Part shown: piece after piece, positions 7,108 to 17,824 of the stretch
Numbering within the stretch: the stretch's first letter is position 1
How the letters are laid out: each line of letters starts with the position of its first letter
Assembly: GCA_050292425.1 (NCBI GenBank)
Contig: JBNKLP010000001.1
Coordinates: 40,075 to 104,074 of the forward strand
Direction of reading: 5' to 3'
Length of the DNA: 64,000 bases
Source: Candidatus Nanoarchaeia archaeon
GTDB taxonomy: Archaea; Nanobdellota; Nanobdellia; Woesearchaeales; UBA583
Notes under the pieces: generated by a model
The model's database searches: none
What the model was told of the DNA's origin: nothing
The model's input: only the letters and a program-made list of their open reading frames with translations
Made by a program: the position numbers and the translations under genes

Positions 7108-9384
7108 TTAATTTAAATTTTTTGGAGGTTTATTTGAAAAATGAATTTTCTTAACATAAAAAATAACTCCTAAAATAATTGTCAAAAACAATATAAAACC
7201 GACAATAATAAATGAAGTTGGCAAACTATTTGCATTTTTAAAATTTTGAACTAAGCTCCCAACCTCATCAGTACCACCAGAGTTCATCAAATCAAGCTCC
7301 TTCAATTCATTATATGTATTCTGGTCAATTTCTTTTAATGAATAATAATATTTGCCCTCAATTTCTTCACTAAATCTTGCTAAAAATTCTATTCCTGATT
7401 CTTTATCATAAACTATGAAACTATCATCGCCAGCTTTTTCTTCCAAATAAAAAAATTCATTATAACTTCCTTCCAAATTAGTCATGTAAATTCTCTTTTC
7501 AACTTTTTCCAATAGAAATTTTTTTACATTCAAATAAAGATTTGCTTTCTCATCATTTTCTGGATAACAAACTCTATTTTCTATAACAACTTCTTCATCT
7601 CCACAATTATTCAAATCAGTTTTGATTCTACTTTGCTTAAAATTAACACAATCTGACCATAAACTATACTCAAAATTTGGCTCACAAACAGGAGGGATAT
7701 AAACAGACTTTTCTCTACTAGAAGAACTTGAAGAAGAGTAAGGACTACTTATACTAGAAGAAGAACTAGAACTTGTGATAGTCGTAGGATTTTCAAGCAT
7801 TGTTTCATTCAGAGAAGTATTTTCTAATCTTAACTGTTTTAATGAATATTCAATTTCAGTAAGCCACATAACTTCAGAATAAACTGAAGCACCCATGTTT
7901 GCCGGTTGATACAATCTTATTCTATCTGTAGTAACAGAATCAAAAAAAACACTATAAGATTCAATATTATTTAAATTGGATATTGTCTCAAGTAACACAT
8001 AGGAATCCCCATCCCAATATTCAATCATCAATTGCTGAGGAGACATATAACTGGACCTAAAATCATTATAAGCCCAATGAATTGTGATATTGTTTAACTC
8101 CTCAGAATCATTCAAGTTCAAAATAACATAATGACTATTAACTATAGAATCTTCTGAGGCCCATTGAGTATTTAAATTTCCATCAATTAAATTAAGAGCA
8201 TCATAACTTACACTTGCATAAGTACTGTCGACTTCAACTGCTGAGATAATTGGAGGCTGAACTACTATTGGTGAATATGTTACTTCAATTGAATCAATTG
8301 CAGTGTTACCAGAACTGTCAGTAACCGTTACTTGAATATTATTTACTCCTTCAATTAAATCAATACTACTAATAGTCCAATTTGTGGTTTCAATTGCACT
8401 GCCACTGCCAAAACACCCACTATTACAACTCCAATTTACAGAACTAACAACAACATTATCTAAAGAAGTCCCTCCTAAATTAATTGTAGAAGCAGTAGTC
8501 AAGTAACTGCTCAAAGTAGTTGGTGATGTAATTGTGATACTAGGATTTGTTGTGTCAGTTGGTGAAATTGTACCTCCACTGCTACCAACAAAACCTACAG
8601 GAGGCCCAATATGTTGATTGTCAATTACAATCTCATCAATTAAAAAATAAGTATCAGCAGTTATTTGAGTTGCAGTTGCCATATAACCTCCAATCAAATC
8701 AATATAAGTCCAATCTCCTCCTAAAGTATCCATTGTCTGACTAACATACAAATCATCATTAAACTCACCATCTTGAGTTGTCAAATAAATATTAATCTCG
8801 CCAGTTTGAGTATTAGCCTCAAACTCAACACTAATCCACTCTTCTGCTCTATACCCTTCTCCAACTAAAAAAGTCTCAGAACCTGTTGGCCAATAATCTC
8901 CTCCTTCGTACCAACAAACTGTTCCATCACAAGAACCATAAGTTCTGGGAAATTCTCCAGTTTCTCCTCCCACTCTTCTTGTAATAATCATAGGCCTATC
9001 TCCTTGATCTCTAACAAAAATAGTTAATTTGTTACCTCCTGCATATCTTTGATAATCAGCTCCATAATAAATCAACCACCTAGCACTTAAAATTGGAGAA
9101 CTCACAATTTGATCTGAAAAATAAAAAGAACCTATTCCAGAATAACCCTGCCCGTCAACTAAATTAGAGGGAGTGTAAACCGGAGTTAATTTTGCAGCAC
9201 CTCCATTCCAACCTCCATTTGAAAGCCATTGATGTGTTGCCCCATCTGTTACCCATACCATACTACTAGTATAAGCATCAGAGTCAAAACTCTGCAAATA
9301 AGGTAATGAATTAACAGTTATTGAAAAACCTAAATTCATACATAATACCAAAAATAAAATTATAAATAATAATTTTTTTACCAT
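7108..9384 (-). CDS. Large surface protein with signal peptide, discoidin (F5/8 type C)-like domain, Ser-rich linker and C-terminal TM anchor
   Basis: N-terminal hydrophobic signal sequence. The motif LIDGNLNTQWAS...HYVILNL is discoidin-like. A poly-Ser stretch (SSSSSSSISSPYSSSSSSS) follows. The C-terminal TM is FIIVGFILFLTIILGVIFYV, followed by a basic tail. Confidence 0.6.
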   Translation of the reverse strand: MVKKLLFIILFLVLCMNLGFSITVNSLPYLQSFDSDAYTSSMVWVTDGATHQWLSNGGWNGGAAKLTPVYTPSNLVDGQGYSGIGSFYFSDQIVSSPILSARWLIYYGADYQRYAGGNKLTIFVRDQGDRPMIITRRVGGETGEFPRTYGSCDGTVCWYEGGDYWPTGSETFLVGEGYRAEEWISVEFEANTQTGEINIYLTTQDGEFNDDLYVSQTMDTLGGDWTYIDLIGGYMATATQITADTYFLIDEIVIDNQHIGPPVGFVGSSGGTISPTDTTNPSITITSPTTLSSYLTTASTINLGGTSLDNVVVSSVNWSCNSGCFGSGSAIETTNWTISSIDLIEGVNNIQVTVTDSSGNTAIDSIEVTYSPIVVQPPIISAVEVDSTYASVSYDALNLIDGNLNTQWASEDSIVNSHYVILNLNDSEELNNITIHWAYNDFRSSYMSPQQLMIEYWDGDSYVLLETISNLNNIESYSVFFDSVTTDRIRLYQPANMGASVYSEVMWLTEIEYSLKQLRLENTSLNETMLENPTTITSSSSSSSISSPYSSSSSSSREKSVYIPPVCEPNFEYSLWSDCVNFKQSRIKTDLNNCGDEEVVIENRVCYPENDEKANLYLNVKKFLLEKVEKRIYMTNLEGSYNEFFYLEEKAGDDSFIVYDKESGIEFLARFSEEIEGKYYYSLKEIDQNTYNELKELDLMNSGGTDEVGSLVQNFKNANSLPTSFIIVGFILFLTIILGVIFYVKKIHFSNKPPKNLN

Positions 9385-9520
9385 AATATTACTAAATTAA
9401 AAATGAGCAACTTAAAAAAATTTAGTTAAATTACATAGTAATCAAACTTAAAACATCTCATAATTTATTTCTAAATTAAAATCAAAAAACTTTATAAAAA
9501 TAATTCAATTAACTCAAACT

Positions 9521-10051
9521 ATGGTAAAAATAAACAAGGAAAACATTCCAAATTCTAAAGAAAACAAAAAAAAGGCAGAAAAGAGGCCCTCAAAAGAACA
9601 AAAAAAAATACAAGAACTTCAAGCTCAAGTTGAAGAACTAAAAACAGATTACTTAAGATCAAGAGCTGACTTTGAAAACTTCAGAAAAAGAAGTCAGGAA
9701 GAACTCACTCAAGCAAGAGAAAGAGGAACAATTTCATTTGTAGAAGATCTTCTTCCTGCAATCGATAACTTTGAAATGTCTCTTAAAATGACTGACAACA
9801 AGGAAATGTTTATCAAAGGAGTTGAAATGATTCACAAAAATCTAATTGACACATTAAAAGAACACAAAATAGAAGAATTTCAAGCACAAAAAGGAGAACA
9901 ATTCGACCCAACTCTTCACGACCCTCTTTTAATTGAAGATGAAACTCAAAGCCCAGGAACCATCATTGGAACAATAAAAAAAGGATACAAACACAAAGAT
10001 AAAATAATCAGAGCTGCAAAAGTTCAAGTAGTAAAAGAAAAAGAAGAGTAA
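9521..10051 (+). CDS. grpE: GrpE nucleotide-exchange factor
   Basis: RADFENFRKR, LLPAIDNFE and the C-terminal GTIIGTIKKGYKHKDKIIRAAKV segment align well with bacterial GrpE. Confidence 0.85.
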   Translation: MVKINKENIPNSKENKKKAEKRPSKEQKKIQELQAQVEELKTDYLRSRADFENFRKRSQEELTQARERGTISFVEDLLPAIDNFEMSLKMTDNKEMFIKGVEMIHKNLIDTLKEHKIEEFQAQKGEQFDPTLHDPLLIEDETQSPGTIIGTIKKGYKHKDKIIRAAKVQVVKEKEE

Positions 10052-10162
10052 AGAAAAATATTTTTTAAAAATTCACTCTCAAATAATAATAATTTTTACA
10101 AAAAGAAACACAAAATCAAAGTAGTAACGAATAATTAAAAAATAAAAACTAAGTATAAGAAC

Positions 10163-11599
10163 ATGAAGATTCTTAATTATTTAGGTAAGTTTTTCAAATC
10201 TGATAAAACTAATTCAGAAGCAAAAATCTATTACGAAAAAGGTAAAGCATACCTATACCTAGGAGACAATGAAAATGCAATCAAAAACTTCTCTAAAGCA
10301 ATAGAAATTGACCCAACATTTTCCAAAGCTTACTACAAAAGAGGACTTGCATATAAAGCCATAGGAGATTTGAAACAATCTAAGATTGACATCCTTTCTT
10401 CCTTAAAAAATTTAGAAAGTGATAACAATAAAGATTATTTTTCAAAACAAAAATACAAAAAAGAAATAGAAAAAATAAAACAATTATTAAATGATAACCC
10501 TCAAATTGTAAAACCAATCAATAAAAAAGAAGAAAAAGAAGTATGCCCTCCATACAATGACAAAAAAAAAATATTCAAAAAAATAGTCTTCGAAAAATGT
10601 AAAAACACAAATAACCTAGAATACAACAAATCAGAAAAAAAATATGAAGAATACCACAAAATTATCGACAAATATCAATATATTAAAAAAATATCAAAAG
10701 ACAATTTCATAGCAGAAGAAAACAATAATCAAAATAATTTTTTACAAAGGATGTGGAAAGAAAACACTCAAGATGAATTTGAAAGAAAAATAAGCAAGTT
10801 AAATGAATATAAAAGAATTCTGGACGAAAAAACACAAATAAACAACAAAGACGATAAAAGCGAAGAATATTTCTACCTAGGAAAAATTTATAAGAAAATA
10901 GGGAATCATGAAAAAGCTATCGAAAATTTTTCTAAAGCACTTGAAATCAACAAACAAAATTCTCAAGCATATTTTGATAGAGCAAAAGAATACAATAAGA
11001 TAAATGAATATGAAAAATCCTTAAAAGATTTACTTAAAGCCCAAGAATTAGGACAAAATGATCACACAGTTCATTTTTATTTAGGATTTCTGAAATTCAA
11101 TTTAAATAATTATTCAGAAGCAATAAATGAAATTAATATTGCATTAAACATAAATAACAAATACACTCCTGCATTATACTTAAGAGCTCTGTGTTATGAA
11201 GAAATACTTGAAAAAAATAATGCTATAAAAGATTACAGTTCAATAATTGAACTAGATAACGAACAATGTGCTGCACATTATCTAAGAGGGAAATTATTAT
11301 TAGAACAAAATAAAATTACCGAAGCTCAAAATGATTTTACAAATGCAATAAGAATAAACCCTATGCTAAAAAATGCATATTACGAAAAAGCAAAAATCTA
11401 TGAGCAATCAAACAATTTAGAAAATGCATTACAAGACCTAAATAAAGTATTGGCAATAACTGATGAAGATCCTAAATGCTTTCTTGAACTAAGCAAAATC
11501 CATCAAAAACTTGGAAATCAAGAACTTGAAAAAGAAAACTATGAAAAATACAAGCAAATCTCAAACAAACTCAATAAAGAAAAACAAATGCTCAATTAA
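10163..11599 (+). CDS. TPR-repeat protein
   Basis: It contains multiple 34-aa TPR-like units (AIKNFSKAIEIDPTFSKAYYKRGLAY, AIENFSKALEINKQNSQAYFDRA and others). Confidence 0.8.
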   Translation: MKILNYLGKFFKSDKTNSEAKIYYEKGKAYLYLGDNENAIKNFSKAIEIDPTFSKAYYKRGLAYKAIGDLKQSKIDILSSLKNLESDNNKDYFSKQKYKKEIEKIKQLLNDNPQIVKPINKKEEKEVCPPYNDKKKIFKKIVFEKCKNTNNLEYNKSEKKYEEYHKIIDKYQYIKKISKDNFIAEENNNQNNFLQRMWKENTQDEFERKISKLNEYKRILDEKTQINNKDDKSEEYFYLGKIYKKIGNHEKAIENFSKALEINKQNSQAYFDRAKEYNKINEYEKSLKDLLKAQELGQNDHTVHFYLGFLKFNLNNYSEAINEINIALNINNKYTPALYLRALCYEEILEKNNAIKDYSSIIELDNEQCAAHYLRGKLLLEQNKITEAQNDFTNAIRINPMLKNAYYEKAKIYEQSNNLENALQDLNKVLAITDEDPKCFLELSKIHQKLGNQELEKENYEKYKQISNKLNKEKQMLN

Positions 11600-12359
11600 A
11601 CAAAAATTTAAACTTTTCTGGAAGATATATTACTTCTCCATACAAACCCTTCTTCTTGTCAAAAGAATAACTATACATCGAATTACTTTCACCACCATCA
11701 ATATTTTCTCCTAGATAGTCCCCTTCAAACTCCTGTAAATGATAAACTGGTCCTAAATTTGAATTTCTAACAAATCCATTTTTAGTCAAAAACAAAGGAG
11801 CCCCACCATTAACCTTTGTTCTCTCATTAGAAACAAACTTAGAATTCTTTCCAATCAAAGACATGCAAACAAGATTCTTATCCGGACTTGAATTAATAAT
11901 AACAAATTTGAAACCCTTTGGAACAACTACATAACTTCCTTTCAAAACATTAATCAACTTTACATCCAAAGAACCATCTTCATAAAGCAAAAAATATCCT
12001 TGACCAGAAATTACTTCAAAAACACCTCCACTACACTCTCCCCTATAAGAAACACACAAATTAGCAGTCTTGTTAAACTCTCTTCCCAAAAATCCGCTCT
12101 TTATCACAAAAACTGATGGTTTTATATTCAAACTCTCAAAAAATAAAGTATCATTATTCTTGCAAACCATATGATAAACACAATAGATTGTCGATTTGGA
12201 ATCCTTGTAATCAAGTAATTCATCTTTTAAATCAGAATACTTAAAATAATCCTTTTTCCTATAAACAACATCAGAACTAAAAGTAAAAGGGTCCGTTTTC
12301 AACATCAACCCCTTTGATACATCAGGCTTATTAAAAACCCTAAACATCTTTGAAAACAT
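11592..12359 (-). CDS. Hypothetical protein (255 aa), possibly beta-barrel/cupin-like
   Basis: ORF only; there is no confident motif. Confidence 0.4.
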   Translation of the reverse strand: MFSKMFRVFNKPDVSKGLMLKTDPFTFSSDVVYRKKDYFKYSDLKDELLDYKDSKSTIYCVYHMVCKNNDTLFFESLNIKPSVFVIKSGFLGREFNKTANLCVSYRGECSGGVFEVISGQGYFLLYEDGSLDVKLINVLKGSYVVVPKGFKFVIINSSPDKNLVCMSLIGKNSKFVSNERTKVNGGAPLFLTKNGFVRNSNLGPVYHLQEFEGDYLGENIDGGESNSMYSYSFDKKKGLYGEVIYLPEKFKFLFN

Positions 12360-12428
12360 ATAAAAAATTATTCAAAACATATAAAAAAGATTAGTTTTAA
12401 CTAAGCAGGAACTATTAGAACTCCCCAT

Positions 12429-14942
12429 TTACCTTCTGTTTCTCAAATCTCTATCAACATCTCTTTCTGCAAAATAAAACCTTTTCTTCTTAGTTCTCCT
12501 ATTCAAATAATCATCAAGATTAATCCTCTCTTTAATTTCCTTCTTAACAGGTTTTTCTTCAACTACAGGCTCTTCAATATTAACTTCCTCTTTAGGCAAA
12601 ACTTCTTTCTTTTCTGGAACAACAAAAGACTCTTCTTCAACCATAGGTCTTTGTTTTTGAACATAAGCCAATGTAGAATCCCATTCCGCAGCAGATTTTC
12701 TACTCATTAAATAATCCATGAACTCATCTTTTTTACCTTCATCCTTCTTTCTACCAAATGCAGTGGCAAACAAACTTGTTTTCTTCTCAGAAATATCCTC
12801 TGCAACCCTCTTCTCCAAAGTATGTTCAGGCTTCTCAACTACATCCTTTTTAATTTTATCAACTCTTTTCTTTTGTTTCTCTCTCACTTCAAAAGGAATT
12901 GAAATATCTCTTCTAATACCCAAATCTTTCATCTTCTGCTTCTCAAACTCTGTAAGCTCCCTTTTCTTCTCTTGTCTTTCTTTTTCTCTTTGTGCATCAA
13001 GTTGTTTTTTTATTCTCTCTTTCTTTGTTTTCTCCAGACTCTTCCCCAAAATAACATCATCCCTTCGCTTCTTGTGAAACTCCAATTGTTTCTTATTTTT
13101 AATTTTCTTAACTTTTTTGTTAACATCAGAATCTTTACTCACAAAATACCAAACTACTGTTCCTAGAATCACAATCAGTAATATAATCCAAAGCCAACTA
13201 AATGAATTTTCTTCCTCAGCTACTTCTTCCACCACCTGTTCTGGCTCACTAATTGGTTCTTGAACAACTTCTTCGACAATAGGTTCCTCAATAACTGGAG
13301 CAGCATAAGTTACAAAAAAACTCTCCTCATAAGAATTACCAAAATCATCCACAACACTAACAACAATTTCATTAACTCCATCAGCTAAAGTCACCTTTGA
13401 AACTACTGATCCTTTTGCAATATCCTGCAAACTTTTCTCATCAACCAAAACTCCCTTATTTCTAACCTTAATAGTCACATCAGAGTTCACATCTGTATTA
13501 AAACTAACAGTATATGTCTCTATTTTCGTAGTCTCTTCTTTTGGAGTTGTTGCAACAAAATTTATTCCTTGCTTCACAGGCACTGTAGAAACTTCATTTG
13601 ATTTTACATTATTTCCTGCCTCATCATATACTCTAACATAATAAGCATACTTCTCAGGATAAGAAACCCCTGAATCTTCATAACTCAGTTTGCTTCCCTT
13701 GTAAATCTGCTCATCATTTCTATACAAATAATACTTTACATCTCCTTCTTCATCTCTAGCCTCAGTCCATGAAATCTCAATGGACCCATAATCAGTACTT
13801 TGGACAGAAATAGTAGTAGAATCTGGCTCATTAACATCATAATAAAAATCTCTTGAAAAATACTCCCTATAACCCTCAATTTCACAAAAAAACTCAACAA
13901 CATACTTTCCAACATTGCTAATTGCCAGATTAACACTAAACTCATTATTATTCTCATCAAATTTTTCATCAAAATTAACATAACCAACCTTGCTCAAAAA
14001 ACAACTTGCTGCATTTGAATCAAAAACAAATTTTTTCTTATTTGAATAAATCTCATCTGGAAAAGTGACTTTTATATTACTATTCAGATTAATCTCCTTT
14101 GAAATCTTGTTTCCTGAAGAATCAAAAACTTCAATCAAAACAACTCCTTGTGTAAAAGGCACATCAACTATGCTTTTGAAAGATTTTCCTTCAATAATCT
14201 CAGAAATAAAAAAATTATCCTGCGAAATTACATATTTTTCTAAATCATAATTATCACTAATCTCAAACTCTACACTCATTTCATTTCCCTTATCTTCAAT
14301 AACATAGTACTCAAACTGTGGATCAAATATATCCTCAATAGGAAAAACTTCCTGAACTTTCTTCACATTACCTGCAAAATCAAAAATCCTGAAAATCAAA
14401 ACAAGATTCTCATTATCTGTTAAAGCATACAAAAAATCTTCTCCTCCTGAAGTTTCATCTAAAAGAGTCTCTCCATTAGAATCTTCCTTGTAAATTTTAA
14501 TAATATCAACTCCATAATTATCTGAATAATTAAACTCAATATTTAAAGTCTTTGAATCTGCATCAATACTAGAATTAAGAATTTCAAAAATTGGACTTTG
14601 AAAATCAAGATAAATTACTTTGGAAACTCCTCCAACGATAACTTCAAACTCATTTGAACTACCAAAACTGCCCCCAACTCCTGAAACTAAATCAACCAAT
14701 GAAAACTCAGCACAATAGTTATCTGAGCAATCTGAGAAATTAAGAATTTCACTATAATTATTACCCAAACTTGTAAAATTTATGGTCAAATTAGACAAAA
14801 AAACATCTGAAACAACCTTAACATCTGGTTCACTTACTGAAAAATATTCTCTTTGATTTCCATCCACATCCAAAACATCAAAAGCAGACACTAAGTGAAA
14901 ACTTAAAAACAAGATTAAAACTGACAATAAAGCCTTATTCAT
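12429..14942 (-). CDS. Single-pass surface protein: signal peptide, large extracellular region with FN3-like domain, TM, and ~240-aa K/E/R-rich coiled-coil cytoplasmic tail
   Basis: N-terminal signal sequence MNKALLSVLILFLSFHLVSA. The FN3-like segment is PDSTTISVQSTDYGSIEISWTEARDEEGDVKYYLYRN. The TM is WLWIILLIVILGTVVWYFV. The tail is highly charged (KKERIKKQLDAQREKERQEKKRELTEFEKQK...). Confidence 0.6.
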   Translation of the reverse strand: MNKALLSVLILFLSFHLVSAFDVLDVDGNQREYFSVSEPDVKVVSDVFLSNLTINFTSLGNNYSEILNFSDCSDNYCAEFSLVDLVSGVGGSFGSSNEFEVIVGGVSKVIYLDFQSPIFEILNSSIDADSKTLNIEFNYSDNYGVDIIKIYKEDSNGETLLDETSGGEDFLYALTDNENLVLIFRIFDFAGNVKKVQEVFPIEDIFDPQFEYYVIEDKGNEMSVEFEISDNYDLEKYVISQDNFFISEIIEGKSFKSIVDVPFTQGVVLIEVFDSSGNKISKEINLNSNIKVTFPDEIYSNKKKFVFDSNAASCFLSKVGYVNFDEKFDENNNEFSVNLAISNVGKYVVEFFCEIEGYREYFSRDFYYDVNEPDSTTISVQSTDYGSIEISWTEARDEEGDVKYYLYRNDEQIYKGSKLSYEDSGVSYPEKYAYYVRVYDEAGNNVKSNEVSTVPVKQGINFVATTPKEETTKIETYTVSFNTDVNSDVTIKVRNKGVLVDEKSLQDIAKGSVVSKVTLADGVNEIVVSVVDDFGNSYEESFFVTYAAPVIEEPIVEEVVQEPISEPEQVVEEVAEEENSFSWLWIILLIVILGTVVWYFVSKDSDVNKKVKKIKNKKQLEFHKKRRDDVILGKSLEKTKKERIKKQLDAQREKERQEKKRELTEFEKQKMKDLGIRRDISIPFEVREKQKKRVDKIKKDVVEKPEHTLEKRVAEDISEKKTSLFATAFGRKKDEGKKDEFMDYLMSRKSAAEWDSTLAYVQKQRPMVEEESFVVPEKKEVLPKEEVNIEEPVVEEKPVKKEIKERINLDDYLNRRTKKKRFYFAERDVDRDLRNRR

Positions 14943-15035
14943 AACAAAAACTAAAATTCATTATTTATAAATTTTGTTCACAAAAACAAATGACAACAAT
15001 AAAAAAAATTAAATTTTAATCACTGTAGGGCAAGC

Positions 15036-15491
15036 TTACAGCATTTTTGCAATTAATTCACTAATTGCTTCTTTCCTATCTCCAAGAACTCCCTTCTTTG
15101 CAAAAGGCATCTTGATACCTCCTCTCTCAAATCCTCCCTTTGGAGGGTGCAGTCTGAAAAAAGGCTTCATTGAGAACTTCTCTTCGAACTCTCTTAACTT
15201 AAGCTTTCCACCAAAATATTCCTTTGCAACCTTAGCTGCATCAATTTTGGCATCAGTCTTTCCAATAGTCTCTCCTCTTTTAGAAACCATTTCTTCAAAG
15301 AATTTTTCATCAACTAAACCATATGTAGCATAATCTTTAATTCTCTGAGCCATACCCCTGCTAACAGGAGTATCATCAACAACAACACAAGCATGCTTCT
15401 TCTTCAATCTTAGAAGCTCAAGTGTTTTTTTCACATCAGGTGAAACATTAACAGTTCCTCTGATCAAAACAATTGCTATTTTTTTACTCAT
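15036..15491 (-). CDS. rpl30: 50S ribosomal protein L30 (uL30)
   Basis: The IRGTVNVSPDVKKTLELLRL motif is present. It is the last gene of the r-protein cluster. Confidence 0.85.
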   Translation of the reverse strand: MSKKIAIVLIRGTVNVSPDVKKTLELLRLKKKHACVVVDDTPVSRGMAQRIKDYATYGLVDEKFFEEMVSKRGETIGKTDAKIDAAKVAKEYFGGKLKLREFEEKFSMKPFFRLHPPKGGFERGGIKMPFAKKGVLGDRKEAISELIAKML

Positions 15492-16281
15492 CTTTTTCTC
15501 CCTCTTTAATTCCTCTACCTTCCATCAATTTCGGACTGATCTTGATTTTCTGTAGATTCTGCAAAGCATTAAATCCTGCTTTCATTAAATTTGTCTTATT
15601 CTTTGTTGAACCTTGTGTCTTTGACCAAACATCCTTAATACCTGCAAGTTCAAGCATTTTCTTCAATTCAGCCTCAACAACTAGACCTGTTCCCTTTGGA
15701 GCTGGCATCAACTTAACCAAAACTGAACCTGATCTTCCTTCAACTGCAAATGGAATACTATGTGCTGTACCACACATACAACCCCAATCACCACAACCTC
15801 TTCTTGTAATGATAAGGTTCTCCTTTGCCTTTCTCAAAGCCTTCTCTCTTGAAGGAACAGTCTCTCTTGCCTTACCAAAACCAAGACCAACAATACCTTC
15901 CTTATTACCTGAAAGAGCAACCATGGAAAAACTCATTCTTCCTCCTTCTTTGGTAATCTTCTGAGTTGACTTTGAAGTCTTTCTCTTTCCTCCTCCGAAC
16001 TTACCTTTAGCCTGTCCAACATTAACAAACTCAGTATTCAAATTAGGAATCAAAAATTCTGTAATCTCAGGCTCCATAATTTTTTGACCTGAAACTAAAA
16101 CATCTCTCATAGTTGAATACTTGCCAGCAAGAACTGCTTTTCCAAGCTGTGTCTTTGGCTCCCAAACTTTCTCTTCAACAGGAGTCTCTTCTCTTCGAGG
16201 TCTTCTTTCTCTGTTATCTCTTCGAGGTCCTCCTCTGTTAAATCCCCCCCTATTTTGTTGATTTCTATTAAATTCAGCCAT
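15484..16281 (-). CDS. rps5: 30S ribosomal protein S5 (uS5) with N-terminal RGG-rich extension
   Basis: dsRBD-like and S5 C-terminal motifs (GLGFGKARETVPSREKALRKAKENL, GTGLVVEAELKKMLELAGIKDVWS) are present. Confidence 0.9.
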   Translation of the reverse strand: MAEFNRNQQNRGGFNRGGPRRDNRERRPRREETPVEEKVWEPKTQLGKAVLAGKYSTMRDVLVSGQKIMEPEITEFLIPNLNTEFVNVGQAKGKFGGGKRKTSKSTQKITKEGGRMSFSMVALSGNKEGIVGLGFGKARETVPSREKALRKAKENLIITRRGCGDWGCMCGTAHSIPFAVEGRSGSVLVKLMPAPKGTGLVVEAELKKMLELAGIKDVWSKTQGSTKNKTNLMKAGFNALQNLQKIKISPKLMEGRGIKEGEKDE

Positions 16282-16283
16282 TT

Positions 16284-16793
16284 TTACAACTTGTCACAAG
16301 CCCCCTTAACCTTTTCAACTAATTTAGCTGCATCCTTAACCTTAAGATGTGAACCATTTAGTCTCTCTTCTGCCGGGAAAACAACATCTGATGCCTTAAC
16401 ATTAACTCCAGCATCAATCATACCCTTAACAGCTGCAAAAAGTCTTGAACCATACTGAATGTTCTGCAAACCTAAATCCACAATACACTCAGACTTCAAC
16501 TTCTTCTTCAAAGCTCTCTTACCTGCAAGATATCCTGTAAGATAAGCTGCTGTAAGATTTCCAGTATTTGCTTTAAATCCTAGCTTAACAAGATCAACAG
16601 CCTTAGCTGAAGTAACAATCTTATCACCTTGTGGAGCATACTCAACAATTTGAACTAGAGTATTCTTATTAGACCTTCTAACAACAACTCTTGGCAACTT
16701 GCTCTTAAGCAAATTCAATCTCTGCTGATAATCAGTCTGCCCTCTGATTCTTCTGTTAAATCTGAAAACTCTGTTTTTATTAGTGTTTTTCAT
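16284..16793 (-). CDS. rpl18: 50S ribosomal protein L18 (uL18)
   Basis: RRIRGQTDYQQRL...PRVVVRRSNKNTLVQIV matches the uL18 pattern. Confidence 0.85.
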   Translation of the reverse strand: MKNTNKNRVFRFNRRIRGQTDYQQRLNLLKSKLPRVVVRRSNKNTLVQIVEYAPQGDKIVTSAKAVDLVKLGFKANTGNLTAAYLTGYLAGKRALKKKLKSECIVDLGLQNIQYGSRLFAAVKGMIDAGVNVKASDVVFPAEERLNGSHLKVKDAAKLVEKVKGACDKL

Positions 16794-16795
16794 TT

Positions 16796-17317
16796 TTACT
16801 TCTTAGCCTCCTTTGTCTTTTTAGCTTCAGTTTTCTTAGTCTCAGTTTTTTCAACCTTAACTTCCTTAAGCATATTATTCTGCTCAATATAAAGCATCAT
16901 ATGTCTTTTATTTCTGAAAAAGTTACCTTTGGACTTCTTGTAAAGCTCTCTGTAATCCTTAACTTCAAGTCTTCCTGCATCCTTGAACTTCTTCAAAGCA
17001 ACCCTAAGTGCTCTGATTTTAATCATCCACTTAGCTTTTTCATTAAATCTGGCATTAGCAGTTCCTCTTCTATTACCATGACCAGACATTCTTCCCTTCT
17101 TCTTTTGGGAAAGAATCTTGTTTGCCCTAGTTCTTGCAATACCTTTTTTAGGAACCTTTGTGATAATTCCTTCTCCTAAAAGTTCCTTAACTCCTTCTCT
17201 TGAGATAACTTCTTTCAAAGCCTTCTTATTCTCAGGAGTAGTTGCATTAAGCTTAACTCTCTTCTTTGAAACACCTAGTGCTCTTGAAGCTAGTTCCTTT
17301 TGTGCTCTTAGGTTCAT
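16796..17317 (-). CDS. rpl19e: 50S ribosomal protein L19e (eL19)
   Basis: N-terminal LRAQKELASRALGVSKKRV and GHGNRRGTANAR motifs. The C-terminal tail is K-rich. Confidence 0.85.
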   Translation of the reverse strand: MNLRAQKELASRALGVSKKRVKLNATTPENKKALKEVISREGVKELLGEGIITKVPKKGIARTRANKILSQKKKGRMSGHGNRRGTANARFNEKAKWMIKIRALRVALKKFKDAGRLEVKDYRELYKKSKGNFFRNKRHMMLYIEQNNMLKEVKVEKTETKKTEAKKTKEAKK

Positions 17318-17811
17318 TTTTTAGCCTCCTTAGACTCAGCTTTTTTCTCCTCGTTTTTAGCAGGAGTAGCCTTTGTCTCTTTCTTTTCAGACTTCTTCTC
17401 TTTCTTAACTTTAGTTAAAGCCTTAAGAGCAGCATCCAAATCCTTAACATTTGAAACTACAATTTTCTTAGCCTTAGCTTCTGTTAAAATAGCCATTTTC
17501 TTTCTTCCACCAACTGTTGATGAAATAACTGCAGCCTGACCCTTTCCAACATTTGCCAAATCAGCAACATTTGAAACGATTACTTCTTCATAACCTGCCT
17601 TGTTAAATCCTCGAACTTCCTTTGGTGAACCATATCCTACTTCTGGCATTGAAGGTTTTCCTTTTCTTCCTCTTCTAACCTTATTACCCATACCTTTAGG
17701 TCTTCTCCACTTAGTCTCTGATAGTTTTGCAAACTGGTGGGATTGAACTCTCTTGTAAGTAGGTTTTCTCTTCTTAACTTCAGTTCTTGTTTTTAATTTA
17801 TCACTAACCAT
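17314..17811 (-). CDS. rpl32e: 50S ribosomal protein L32e (eL32) with K-rich C-terminal extension
   Basis: KRKPTYKRVQSHQFAKL...WRRPKGMGNKVRRG is present. Confidence 0.85.
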   Translation of the reverse strand: MVSDKLKTRTEVKKRKPTYKRVQSHQFAKLSETKWRRPKGMGNKVRRGRKGKPSMPEVGYGSPKEVRGFNKAGYEEVIVSNVADLANVGKGQAAVISSTVGGRKKMAILTEAKAKKIVVSNVKDLDAALKALTKVKKEKKSEKKETKATPAKNEEKKAESKEAKK

Positions 17812-17824
17812 TTTTTAAACCTCA

